Notes under the pieces: generated by a model
Database searches by the model: none
What the model saw: only the letters and a program-made list of their open reading frames with translations
What the model was told of the DNA's origin: nothing
Shown here: piece by piece, positions 1-11,212 of the stretch
Layout of the letters: each line of letters starts with the position of its first letter
Position numbering within the stretch: the stretch's first letter is position 1
Program-made: the position numbers and the translations under genes
Assembly (NCBI GenBank): GCA_964016885.1
Contig: OZ024741.1
Span: forward strand, 112,468,001 to 112,532,000
Origin: Eledone cirrhosa
Lineage: Eukaryota
DNA: 64,000 bases
Direction of reading: 5' to 3'

Positions 1-379
1 GATGTATGATGGATGTGGTGAGGTGAAACATCTTTTAAACATTTAAGAACTAGCTGTGAAAATACTGATGAAAGTAATAAAATGTTGTTTGGTGCAAATA
101 TTTTAAAAAATTTTCATCATACTCTCACATTCAGCTTAATAAAATTATTTATCCATGAACTTTGAAGAAAGTGAATTCAACCGAAATATATATGTAGTTG
201 AAAATATTTCTTTATCTGATTGTAGGTACATACACTCATTAAAAAAATAATTTGCACTAAACAACTTTTATTTAATATTTATTTTTGGCAGTATTTTTTC
301 ATAATGCTTTTACTTAGTACTTTAATGATTCAAAATATATACACGATTTCACATCAAGAATCTATAACCCATATATATA

Positions 380-2469
380 CCCCAGTCTCCCCCACATCGA
401 CCTAATAGAGGGACCGGCAGTGTTAGTCGAAGGTAGTATAATAAGTAAGGCAATCAAAGATATGAAGATGGGTAAGGCAGCTGGGCCTTCGGAAATAGTT
501 GCTGAGATACTGAAAGCCTCTGGAATGGTGGGACACACCATGGTCACCCGGATAGTAAACCAAGTCATACAGAATGGGGTTGTTCCGAAGGACTGGCGTA
601 GCAGCATCATCATTAACTGTTACAAGGGTAAAGGAGATGCCCTAGATAGGAGTAACTATAGAGGCATTAAATTAATCGACCAGGTCATGAAGGTCACGGA
701 AAAAGTAATAGCGCAACTAATCAGAGAGAGAATTGACCTAGATGAAATGCAGTTCGGTTTTGTATCAGGCAAAAGTACCACAGACGCTCTTTTCATTGTA
801 CGACAACGACAGGAGAAGTACCTAGCTAAAAGTAAACCCCTATACTTAGCTTTTGTTGACTTGGAGAAACCCTTCGACAGAGTCCCCCGTTCCTTTATCT
901 GGTGGGCTCTTAGAAAACTAGGTGTTGACGAATGGCTTGTGAGAGCTATAAAAGCCATGTATAAAGAAACAGTCAGCAAGGTTAGAATTAACAACGAATA
1001 TAGTGAAGAGTTTAGTGTAAAAGTTGGTGTTCATCAGGGCTCTGTTCTTAGCCCCCTACTATTTATTATTGCCCTTCAGGCTATAACAGTGGAGTTCAAG
1101 ACCGGCTGCCCATGGGAACTCCTATACACAGATGATCTAACGCTCATAGCTGAATCAATGGCCGAGCTAGAGAAGAAATTCCAAACATGGAAGCACGGCC
1201 TAGAATCAAAAGGCCTTAAAATTAACCTGGCTAAGACTAAAGTTCTAGTTTGTAGGAAAGAAAATAAGGCGCCGGTCCCTTCCAGGAAATGGCCATGCTC
1301 AGTGTGTAGGAAAGGCGTAGGTAGAAACTCCATTTTATGTCCCAAATGCAAAGTATGGGTGCATAAAAGATGTAGTGGGATCACAGGTAAGCTAACTAAG
1401 AACATAGATTTTACATGTGGCCGGTGCTCTGGTGCAATAAGTAGCAGCAAGTGCCCACAAAATACTAGCTCTTTCAATTGCGCAGAGGGTTCTATAGAAA
1501 TAGTGGACAGCTTCCGTTACCTGGGTGACAAAATCAGCAGTGGGGGAGGATGCTCTGAAAGTACAGTAGCTAGAGTCAGAACTGGATGGAAAAAGTTCAG
1601 AGAGCGTATACCACTATTAGCCGCTAAAGGGTTCTCCCTAAAAATGAAAGGCAGGTTGTATGATGCCTGCATACGAACAGCAATGTTGCATGGCAGTGAG
1701 ACCTGGGCATTGTGTGCAGAGGATATACGCAGACTAGAGAGGAACGAAGCTTGCATGCTCCGCTGGATGTGTAATAGTAATATACGTGAACGGCAAAGCA
1801 TAAACGAACTAAGGAAAAAATTAGAAATAAGAGGGATCAGATGTTGTTTACTCGAGAGAAGGCTACGTTGGTATGGTCACGTGATGCGCATGAAAGACGA
1901 CAGCTGTATAACAAAGTGCAGGGCAATAAAGATAGACGGTAGCCACGGAGTAGGCAGACCCAGAAAAACCTGGGACGAGCTGATAAATTCCGACCTCACA
2001 CACTTACACCTCTCCAAGACAATGTCACTGGACCGAGACCTTTGGCGGTACTCAGTAATAGAGAAGACCCGCCTTACCTAAATACAAAGTAAAACCTACT
2101 ACAGTCAGTAGGCATCGCTAACAAAATACACCCCGTCCCACCACCCCACCCCATCCACACCGCCCCTTTCAATGTAAAGTTATGTTGGTGCCACAACATC
2201 CAGGCCGAAACAAATGAGATCATGTAGGTGTCACGACAAAAAAACACACAGTCCACGCTGTAATGTGGCCATGTAGGCAACACGGTAAAAACCTCCCAGC
2301 CCCACACTGTAAGTGTGGTTGGTTTTAGGAAGGGCATCCAGCTGTAGAAAACCCGCCAGACAGTCCTATGCGAGCAAGACAATCACTCTTGCCTCAAGTG
2401 GGAAAACTCCCGTCCAAACCCATGCAAGCGTGGAACACGGACGTTAAACGATGATGATGATGATGATGA

Positions 2470-2473
<4 letters not shown>
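380..2473 (+). mobile_element. RTE-clade LINE, 5'-truncated, young copy
   Basis: Contains RT ORF 420-2081 and a 3' UTR ending CCCATGCAAGCGTGGAACACGGACGTTAAAC(GAT)n that runs into (TA)n; near-identical to 11213-12557. Confidence 0.95.
420..2081 (+). CDS. RTE LINE reverse transcriptase (partial ORF, no endonuclease) with internal PHD-type finger
   Basis: Motifs NYRGIKL, QFGF, FVDLEKPFDRV, GVHQGSVLSPLLF, LLYTDD (YADD variant), FRYLG, RLRWYGHV, GRPRKTW; C4HC3 cluster at 1296-1427. Confidence 0.9.
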   Translation: MLVEGSIISKAIKDMKMGKAAGPSEIVAEILKASGMVGHTMVTRIVNQVIQNGVVPKDWRSSIIINCYKGKGDALDRSNYRGIKLIDQVMKVTEKVIAQLIRERIDLDEMQFGFVSGKSTTDALFIVRQRQEKYLAKSKPLYLAFVDLEKPFDRVPRSFIWWALRKLGVDEWLVRAIKAMYKETVSKVRINNEYSEEFSVKVGVHQGSVLSPLLFIIALQAITVEFKTGCPWELLYTDDLTLIAESMAELEKKFQTWKHGLESKGLKINLAKTKVLVCRKENKAPVPSRKWPCSVCRKGVGRNSILCPKCKVWVHKRCSGITGKLTKNIDFTCGRCSGAISSSKCPQNTSSFNCAEGSIEIVDSFRYLGDKISSGGGCSESTVARVRTGWKKFRERIPLLAAKGFSLKMKGRLYDACIRTAMLHGSETWALCAEDIRRLERNEACMLRWMCNSNIRERQSINELRKKLEIRGIRCCLLERRLRWYGHVMRMKDDSCITKCRAIKIDGSHGVGRPRKTWDELINSDLTHLHLSKTMSLDRDLWRYSVIEKTRLT

Positions 2474-2514
<41 letters not shown>

Positions 2515-2910
2515 CACACACATGCGAGCACATATATATATGTATATATAGGTATAACTCAGTTTATGTTACTTTGAGTTTCATCATTTTTTAAGGTAAG
2601 GTGGGTTTTTTAAATATTATATGGCCTTGTGTTATATCCATTGATGTTATATCCATTTATGTGGGTCTGCCAAAAATATCAAACCATAAAATATCAAACC
2701 ATAAAAACACTAAAAACATATATATGATGGAGCTGTATGGTGTAAGCACATTAAAGTACGGCACTAGGGGTGCCTATTAGTTGTTTTGTAGGGGGTTTAA
2801 TTTGATATTTGTCATTTTTCACTTAAGCCTTGACTACTTGAACCTATTAAACATGTAGGGTGAGGTATTCCTGTATATAAGACTTATCTTATCATTATTA
2901 GATGAATAAA

Positions 2911-3533
2911 CCTGAGTTCAAATGCCGCCACAGTTAACTTTGCCTTTCATCCTTACGGGGTCGATAAAATAAAGTACCAGTCATGCACTGGGGTCGATTT
3001 AATCGACTTTTCCCTCCCCCAAAATTGCTTGCCTTGTGCCTATATAAGAAACCATTATTAGAGAGGTAAAAAAATTACCTTGTGGTATTTTTACCAGCTC
3101 TTTATATTTCAAATCCATCTGAGGGCAACTTTGACTTTCATCTTTAGTGGCTTGATAAAATCAATTAATAGTTAAATACTGGGGATGATATATTTGAATT
3201 TCACACCACCTCTAAAGAAAAACAAATCCAGCTGGCTTTGTGCCTAATGTTGAAACAATTATTATTTTTATCATCGTCATCATTATTTATTCCCCATTTA
3301 TTCTATCACTCCATGTTCCTTATTATTAACTACTGATAGAGCAGTAGATTGGCAGTCATTAGAGCAGTATTTGTTCCAGCTTTGTACATTCTGAGTTCTA
3401 ATCCCACCAAGGTCAACTTTGTTTTCATTCTTTCAAGGTTGATAAAATAAAGTACCAGTAAATTACTGTGGTCGAAATAATTGACTGTCCTCTCCCCATA
3501 AATTGCAGGTCTTGTGCCTAAATTATAAATCAT
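2911..3533 (+). mobile_element. Three head-to-tail degenerate SINE copies (family B, ATT tail)
   Basis: Recurrent GAGTTCAAAT..AACTTTGCCTTTCATCC..GATAAAATAAAGTACCAG..TTGTGCCTA..ATTATT, also seen at 26790-27240, 36525-36730 and 54906-55826. Confidence 0.75.
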
Positions 3534-4018
3534 TTTTAAACTGCATTATTTTAACTGTATTCAATATTTGTTATTATTCTTACTCATTATTATATGTAAT
3601 CTTAGCAATTTTCTCTGGCTTAATTGTTTAATAATTATTAACACAATTCTCATACTTAAGAAATATTTTCCTGATTTTTTCTTCTATACCAATCAATTAT
3701 AAAATATACATATCTACTCAACTGAATATACAAATCCCATTATTTCTTAATGTTTTTTTTTTATCATATACTATTTTTTTAATGATAGACAGCACTTACA
3801 ACATTTTAAATTGTGATTGCAATTAATTCCCCATTTAGTGTACGTTAGCTTAAGTATCTGCCCTATTTAATTATTTAATAATCATTAACTTAATTTTCTT
3901 AGAGAAATTATATAACCTTATGTAACTTTCTTTTTAACTTCAAACTTTTTCTCATGATTTTTCTTCTTTATTCATCAGTTTTAAAACATACTCAATTTAG
4001 AATTTTAATCTCTAATTG

Positions 4019-4362
4019 AAGGTGCATGGCTTAGTGGTTAGAATCTTGTATTCAGAATTGTGATGAGTTTAATTCCCAGACAGGGTATGCATTGTGTTCT
4101 TGAGAAAAACACTTTATTTTACATTGCTCCAGTTCACTCAGCTGTATAAATGAGTTGCGACATCACTGGTGCCAAGCTGTATCAGCCTTTGCCTTTCCCT
4201 TGGACTACATCGGTGACACGGAGAGGGGTGACTGGTATGTATATGTGATTACTGGTCTTCCACCAAAATACCTCGCCTGGACATGTGCCTTGGAGGGGAA
4301 ATTTCTAGGTGAAAATCCCATGGTCATTCATGACTGAAGCAGGTCTTACTCTTTTTACCCTT
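4019..4362 (+). mobile_element. tRNA-derived SINE
   Basis: A-box-like TGGCTTAGTGG, degenerate B box, then shared core CTTGAG..ACACTTTATTT.ACATTGCTCCAGTTCACTCAGCTGTA also present at 17884. Confidence 0.75.
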
Positions 4363-5027
4363 TAATCTCTGATTGCAATTAAAACAAACTGCCTAATACA
4401 TCTTCCACAAAACACAGCCATATCTATCTAACTGTCTTCTTTCTGTCTTCATTCATTATATATATTTGATGTACATATATGTTTCGATTCTGATCTTCAC
4501 TGCAACTGATCAATCCTTCAGTCAAAGATGATTATAATGAATTAAGGCTCCAAGCTGCGAAACACGCATTACATGTGATTATGAATAAAATATGTTAAAC
4601 TGAACTTCAATCTCTCATGCTTAATATATATATATACATATATATATATATATGTATATGTATGTAATGAAGTAACATAAAATTGGCAGAAACTCAGTAG
4701 CAGAGAGTAGAGTTTGACTCGTTCCTCTTCTCCTTATTACCACTCAATCAACAAATCAATAGACAAACAGATACTCGCATGTGTGTTGTGAAAATAATAA
4801 GACTTTTATTTGCATTTTTTTTGCATCTGTGTTTGTCTAGTCATTTCTTAAACAATATATATATATATATATAATTAATAAATCTGTATTCCAATGTTAC
4901 TAAGTAGTCGCATTGGATGGAATCACCGACGTCGGAGATTGCTCAACGTATAATAAAATGTGTTTTAAAATCCGGAGAAAATATGAAGAAGTTTATGAAA
5001 CGGAAATGCGGGTATAAAGAATTTATT

Positions 5028-5144
5028 AGGTAACAATTGTTTCTATAGTGTATGGGTTACCTATACCTCGCTATTTGTATAATATAAAAATATTATCATA
5101 AATCGTAGGTACACTGTAAGAAAACACACCATGTCGTCAGACCT
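5028..5144 (-). ncRNA. Type-I hammerhead ribozyme motif with expanded stem II
   Basis: AGGU-CUGACGA-c-AUGGUGUG...UACACUAU-a-GAAA-CAAUUG-UU-ACCU: stem I AGGU/ACCU, palindromic stem III AACAAUUGUU, GUU cleavage triplet. Confidence 0.7.
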
Positions 5145-5556
5145 TTGTGGTAGAATGATATGAAAATATTTTATACACTAGATATAAGAGAAAGAAGGAG
5201 GTAGGAAGGGAAGAGGAAGAGGGAAGCGAGTAAGGGGGAGGGAGTCTTAGGATTTAAGACTGTCAGAGTAGCAGAGATTGTAAGGAGAAAATGTTTTGGC
5301 AGCAGTTAGCTTAATGAGGCATGTTAGGGTTGGCGGGGGAAGTAAATTCTTCTAGTGGTGTTGTTTGGACAAAATTTAGTTGAAGGGGTCAAAGTAGTAC
5401 AGAATTACAGACAAGTTATTGGGGCTATTATAGTAGCAGGTTATTTCTAAAGGGGTCCCAAAAAAACAGTGTTTAGTACTATTATTATAGAAAGCCATAT
5501 CGTGTGTATAAACATATAAAACAAAAATTTGCAAACGGTGGTGTAAAAAGGTAACA

Positions 5557-7410
5557 TTACATGCATTTAAAAAAAGAAAAAGTCGTTTTCAAACGATGGT
5601 TACAGTAAAGTGAACGTTCAATTTTGCTGTTCAAAAGTTTGTTTTCCGACGTTAAAATGCAGTATATCTCCATATTGCATAATTTACAGAATCGATGATT
5701 TTGCTTATATGCATGCGCAGATTTAATAATTTGCCAATCAAGGGAGAATGCTTGATTGTTCCTCCGAAGCTGCCAGGCTTTATCGGCGAGGGTTGTTACG
5801 GAGCGCATTTTCTCATGCCTGATCGAAGATCGATGTTGGTATAGGCGAGCTTTGAAAGATGTTGCGGTACATCCGACGTAATACCATTTGTTGGTTCCAG
5901 AATTTATTGTACATCGGTAGACAATATTGCGTTCTAGGCACTGGTTATTCAGTGGGCACGTACCTGGTTTGGTGCAGTTACAGTTATTTTTATGTTTTGC
6001 AGTAGTATCCTTGATAGTTTGGTGGGGATGTAGTTGCGTGTTAGTGCGTTGTATGTCGCTATGCTGGTGCGCTGTGTCATTAGGGATGTACTTATTTAGT
6101 ATTGTTGAGTTGAGTTTTTAATTAGTTGTTCTATGTTAGGTGCAGTGGAGTATGAGAGTCTAATGGTGCGCGAGTTTAAGATTTTATAGTATTTATGTGA
6201 AGTTGTAAAGTGTTTATTGATCAGTGTATAGAATTGTGAGATAATCTTAGTGCTAATAGAAATATTGTACACGGGGTTATACCATATGTACTCTCTACGT
6301 CTGACTCTATTTGTTGGTTTGCACTTATTAGTATGCCTATTGATGTGTCTGTGTGGTGCAATACTAGTTTGACTTAGATGTGGTTTATTCATAGTACCTA
6401 TGCGGTTATCATCTAGATATTCTATTTTCTCGCAGTAACCAGCTTTTCTAAGTGCGTCATTATAATATTCAGCATGCTCGTTGAAGGTCAGCAAATTAGA
6501 GGACAGTCGGGAGATCTTTATGGATATATTTTTAAGGATAGATTTAATAATGGAATGGGGATGGTTCGATTTTACATTAACGTACTTGAGATTTTCATTA
6601 AGTTTGTGAAATGGCTCTATATTACCGTTATTAAGGTTGAAGGTGACATCCAAGAAGTTGACCACCTTAAGATTGTGTTCGAAGGTAATATTAAGCCCTA
6701 GTTCTAAGAAAAGTTTCCTAATGTTTTTACGTCGCCTTTCTAGGTTTTGTTTGTTCATATTCTTGACTAATAGAAGTGTATCATCGCGGTAGATTCCACC
6801 GTGGAGGTCAGTAAATTCGCTCTGGAGTCTGTGGGCTATATAGATTCCAACCAGATCCGTAACCTCCGACGAATCATTAGAACCCATCGTAATGTCAAAT
6901 TCCGAGGGTCTATCTCTGCGGACCCAATAACTATTTTCAAAATGAACTACTGTGCGTCTAGCTTCAAGTATAATATTAATTTCCTCGTTTATGAGGTCCG
7001 AGTTAGCCTTAGCGAATGAGAGGGCCTTAGGCAGGGTTTCAGGTGAAATAGAGGAATAGTATTCATCTATATCGAATTGAATAAAAGAAGATTTGTTTTT
7101 GTCACTGATGTTATTGAACCATCTTATTGCCTGTTGAGTATTACCCCATAATTTAATATCTACCTTAGCCTTAACTTGGGGGATAATACGATCTAATATG
7201 TACTTACTGATTCTACCTATATCAGACTTTGAAGGACATATTAATCTAATTTTAGGGTTAGTATCGAAGTTAGCCTTATGGTCCTTCAGATTAAAAGTCG
7301 GTGTACTGGAGAAAGGGGTACCGTTCTGTCGTCGATTTTCAGTTTCTTAACAATATCACATGCTGCGTTATTAATGTTGGTTAGTGTAGTTGCGTTTGTT
7401 TTTTTGTACT
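5557..7410 (-). pseudogene. Disrupted PLE RT plus GIY-YIG endonuclease ORF
   Basis: ORF pieces 6096-6887 and 5557-5808 extend upstream without ATG; frameshifts near 7320 and 6110. Confidence 0.85.
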
Positions 7411-7567
7411 TCTGACGACATGGTGTGTTTTCTTACAGTGTACCTACGATTTATGATAATATTTTTATATTATACAAATAGCGAGGTATAGGTAACCCAT
7501 ACACTATAGAAACAATTGTTACCTAATAAATTCTTTATACCCGCATTTCCGTTTCATAAACTTCTTC
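7411..7567 (+). repeat. Inverted pseudo-LTR copy carrying the HHR without the 5' arm of stem I
   Basis: Reverse complement of 4985-5141. Confidence 0.92.
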
Positions 7568-7672
7568 TTCATATATATATATATATATATACATACACGT
7601 ATACACATAGTAGATTTTTGTTTATATTTTCTTTTAGGCATATTTGTGTGTATATGTTTGTGTGAGTCGGCA

Positions 7673-7714
<42 letters not shown>

Positions 7715-7887
7715 GGTTATAAAGATTTTTTTAAATTTATTTATGAAACAAGAACAATGGTGCTAAACAATCTATTGATTGCAGATTAGGCATATTTTGT
7801 AAGGATTGTTTTTGCCTTTGGCTTTTCTTTTAGCATTTTATCATTTTGTATATTACTTTCACAAGAACTTTATTTGCGTATATGTGT

Positions 7888-8001
<114 letters not shown>

Positions 8002-8185
8002 GAGTGCGTGTGTAGTGAATATGTAGAAAATCCACAGATCTAATGAGCTATTGATTCCAGAGCCGCATGCAATCATTTCCAATCATACCTTGAGCAGAAC
8101 AATTGCAAAACTCATGTCACATGCTCCTTAATATTATTATTAATGCACTGGATAATTGCTGGCCTTGTGCCAAAAGTAGAAACAA

Positions 8186-8742
8186 TTATTATTATTATTA
8201 TTGGAGTCTCAGTCATTGATGTTATTTAACTTGAAAATTTGTTCAAATGAACATCAAGCTGTTACCTGCAGCCTCAGATATTCAGGACATATAGCAGGGT
8301 TCTTGTTCCCAGCACGCATGCCTTTTGAAGTGTTCCAAAAAGGGGGCTGGACTAATGTTCTTTAACCATCCTTGAAAACTCTTTGAGATAATACCTAGTG
8401 CTCCTATGACAATTGGGATGAACTTGATCTCATGACAATCCCAAATCCTTTTTACCTCCCACTTTAAATCCTGGTATCGGTTAATTTTCTCCTTCTCATT
8501 TTCTTGCACACTCATGTTAAAGAGGCAGGCTACATCTACAATCAGGCACGATCTTTTTTCCTTGTCAAAAACCACCTGGTCAGGCCTATTGTGTTCTAAC
8601 TTCTTGTCTGTCTGTATCCTGAAATCTCATAGCACCTTCACTTGATCGTTTTCTATCACTGACTCTGGCTTATGCTTATACCACTCCTCAGAATGTGGTA
8701 AATTGTTTAGTTTGCATAAATGCCAGTGAATCATTGCAACTT
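8186..8742 (-). mobile_element. R4/Dong-type non-LTR retrotransposon 3' fragment (restriction-like endonuclease)
   Basis: Minus strand reads HWHLCK..WYKHKPESVIEN..DFRIQTD..NRPD..IVDVAC..EKINRYQDL..IPIVIGALG, followed by a (TAA)n tail. Confidence 0.82.
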
Positions 8743-8744
8743 CT

Positions 8745-9075
8745 AATGTCAAATTCCCCTGAATATCTACTGCATATGTAGTTTTCCCTACCTGTTAGTT
8801 TGCCTGCTATCCCACTACACCTTTTGAGTACCCAAGATCTGCATTGTGTACATTCATATTGAACATGGCCATTTCCCTGATGGAATCAGAGTTTTGTCCT
8901 CTTTCCTACTTATCAATACTTTAATCTTACTTAGGTTCACTTTCAGTCCTCTTGATTCCAGCTGCTGTTTCCATGGCCAGAATTTATTCTCTAGCTTTTC
9001 TCCTGATTCTGCTATAAGTACTGGATCGTCAGCGTAGAGAAGTTCCCATGGGCAGCCAGTCTTAAACTCCTGTTA
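8745..9075 (-). mobile_element. Old RTE LINE internal fragment
   Basis: EFKTGCPWELLYADD..LESRGLKVNL..PSGKWPCS, homologous to the ORF at 420-2081. Confidence 0.85.
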
Positions 9076-9090
9076 TGGAGTACATATACA

Positions 9091-9189
9091 CAAGGTGTCC
9101 CAAAAGAATGTATACACACTTTGATTACCTGTACAGGCATTATTTATTAGAATGCTGTTGAAGTGTATAGATTTTGGCAGGACACCCTG
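9091..9189. mobile_element. Tc1/mariner-type MITE
   Basis: Termini CAAGGTGTCC / GGACACCCTG with TA on the right flank. Confidence 0.6.
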
Positions 9190-9190
9190 T

Positions 9191-9237
<47 letters not shown>

Positions 9238-10294
9238 GTGGTCTTTTGCAGTTTCCATCTACTAAATGTCATACATAAGATAATGGAAGGCACTTACCGA
9301 AGTTTCTGTGCAGTGAGAGTGAACCCCAGACCTTGTGGTTGTGAAGCAAAGACCTTAACCGCACAGCCATGCCTCCACCTATACCTTAATGCCTTTCTTC
9401 TCAAATCTCACATTTATTAAAGTCGGTATGGTGATTAATTTAAATGATTTTAAACATCATTTTTAAACTGCTATTATTCTATTAGAGTTACATGTTAAGT
9501 GCAGAATTCTTTGTTTTTAACTTGGGTATTTGTATTTGAAATGTTAGTTTCCATTTTTTTTTTTTCATTAATGGAATTAAAATTTTGTTTTATGCTTCAT
9601 TCTATCATATATCCTACCAAATTCATTTATCATTTCCCTTAGAATAGTCCTTGAATTTGACAAAAAACTTGTTTGTAACAGATATAATTGGTGGGTAGGT
9701 AGAAGGGCTGATAAAAAGTGGTATGCTATGTTAATGTTAATCTATTTAAACATAATGCCAATAATTTTTTTTATAAACATCCAGTACAAATTTGAAAAAA
9801 AATTACTTCAGTTTAAAAAAATGAAATTTTCAAATTTATATCATTATAAAGTTAAATTCAAATATAATTAACTAAAGGTTAAAGACATTGCTTAAATTGA
9901 TATGAATAACAAAGTGTGTATTCAATTCATTTCAAATGGTTTAAAAAGATAAATTTGTATGAAATATAAAGAAGCAAAAGGCAATAAGTCTCATAAGAAA
10001 TGAATATGCTTCCTTTTATTTATATGGTAAATGGCTGTGTCTCATCATAATCATAATCCATGGGATAGAACAGGTAAATGAATCATATGGAAATAAAAAA
10101 AAATAAGTCTGAATTACAGTTGATATTATTTCTACTAATAAGATATTTTAAGAATAAATTCTGACATGGCTTGTATGGCTGGATCTCCTTCATAACACTA
10201 ATCACTTCACAGCATGTACTGGGTACATTCTACTGTGGTAACACCACTACTGCCAAACAGGGGAGACTATGTGCATTCTACTGTGGCACCAGAA

Positions 10295-10735
10295 ATTATT
10301 CATCATCATCATCATTCTGCATGGGTTGGATGTGTCCTCTCCAGCACAACCTCCTACCATTCATTGTCTTCCTTTGTCATCTACTCTGTCTCTTCTTTGG
10401 CCTTCCTCTACTGTTGTTACCTTCCGCTGGGATTTACTGGCAATTCTTCACCTAACAAAATAATCATCCATATGCATCACAGGTCCACACCAGTGAAGTC
10501 TTTTCTCTTGTGCCCTACATCTGAGTCTCCTTATACACAATTTTTCTCTGTTCATCCAGTTGTACACTTTGCTATTGCACACCCATCAGGGCATGCTGGT
10601 TTTATTTTTCTCAGCTTTCACATATTCTTTAAATTCACAGCCATGTCTCATCACTATGCAACATTGCACATCACACACACATCATACAGCTGGTCTTTGG
10701 TTCATAGAGAGAAACCTTTTGTTAGTAGCTCCCTG
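10295..10735 (-). mobile_element. Degenerate RTE 3' fragment
   Basis: (ATC)n tail, GCATGGGTTGGA, and AGAGAAACCTTTTGTTAGTAG matching the KGFSL region. Confidence 0.7.
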
Positions 10736-11162
10736 ATATTCTCCATTATGCTCTTATTCTAGCTACTATTATAAAGTAGAAATCTTTTCACTTGATTCCA
10801 AAGTTATTATATGAAATAAATTTCCTAATGTAAGTAGACAAAAAAAAAGAGCCGCAAGTTATTTAAGGAAAATTATTTTTTCCCTTTATTTATAAATGAA
10901 TGTAATGGAGACAAGAATAAGTCTGGAGTATGTTTATTATTATTTTATTTGATAGTTCTAATAGACTAAAAACAATTTAATATGAAATTTAAAAGTAAAA
11001 ATGAATCAATAAAAATATCTGTTTTGGTTGAAATGTTATATAGTTTGTAATACTGCGACTGAAAGGAGTCAATGCAATTAAAAACTAATGCTAAAATATT
11101 TGGTGTGATGAAAGGCATAACCTATTAAAGAATTATGGAAGAAAAACACACACATATATATA

Positions 11163-11203
<41 letters not shown>

Positions 11204-11212
11204 CTAGTTATA

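Larger units (their letters stand above)
4872..7570 (-). mobile_element. Penelope-like element, 5'-truncated, with inverted pseudo-LTR (possibly Hydra clade)
   Basis: Minus strand reads LKDHKANF..IRLICPSKSDIG, QFDIDEYYSSI, TMGS, GIYRDD, NFLDVTF, then a CNCx5CP linker and a C-terminal GIY-YIG (NIVYRC..YYVGCT..FKARLYQH); 157-bp inverted repeats at 4985-5141 and 7411-7567; (TA)n on both flanks. Confidence 0.92.

Noticed and set aside
656-1801. Antisense ORFs over the RTE (and similar ones over the CR1 and PLE ORFs)
   Set aside because: Shadow frames of the retroelement coding strand.
4530-4600. Possible decayed PLE/HHR terminus (GGCTCCAAGCTGCGAAACACGC..AATAAA)
   Set aside because: No recognisable CUGANGA core or stem I.
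5557-6000. Selenoprotein-encoding Naiad-type PLE
   Set aside because: The endonuclease is C-terminal rather than N-terminal, and the Cys codons translated are TGT/TGC with no in-frame TGA.
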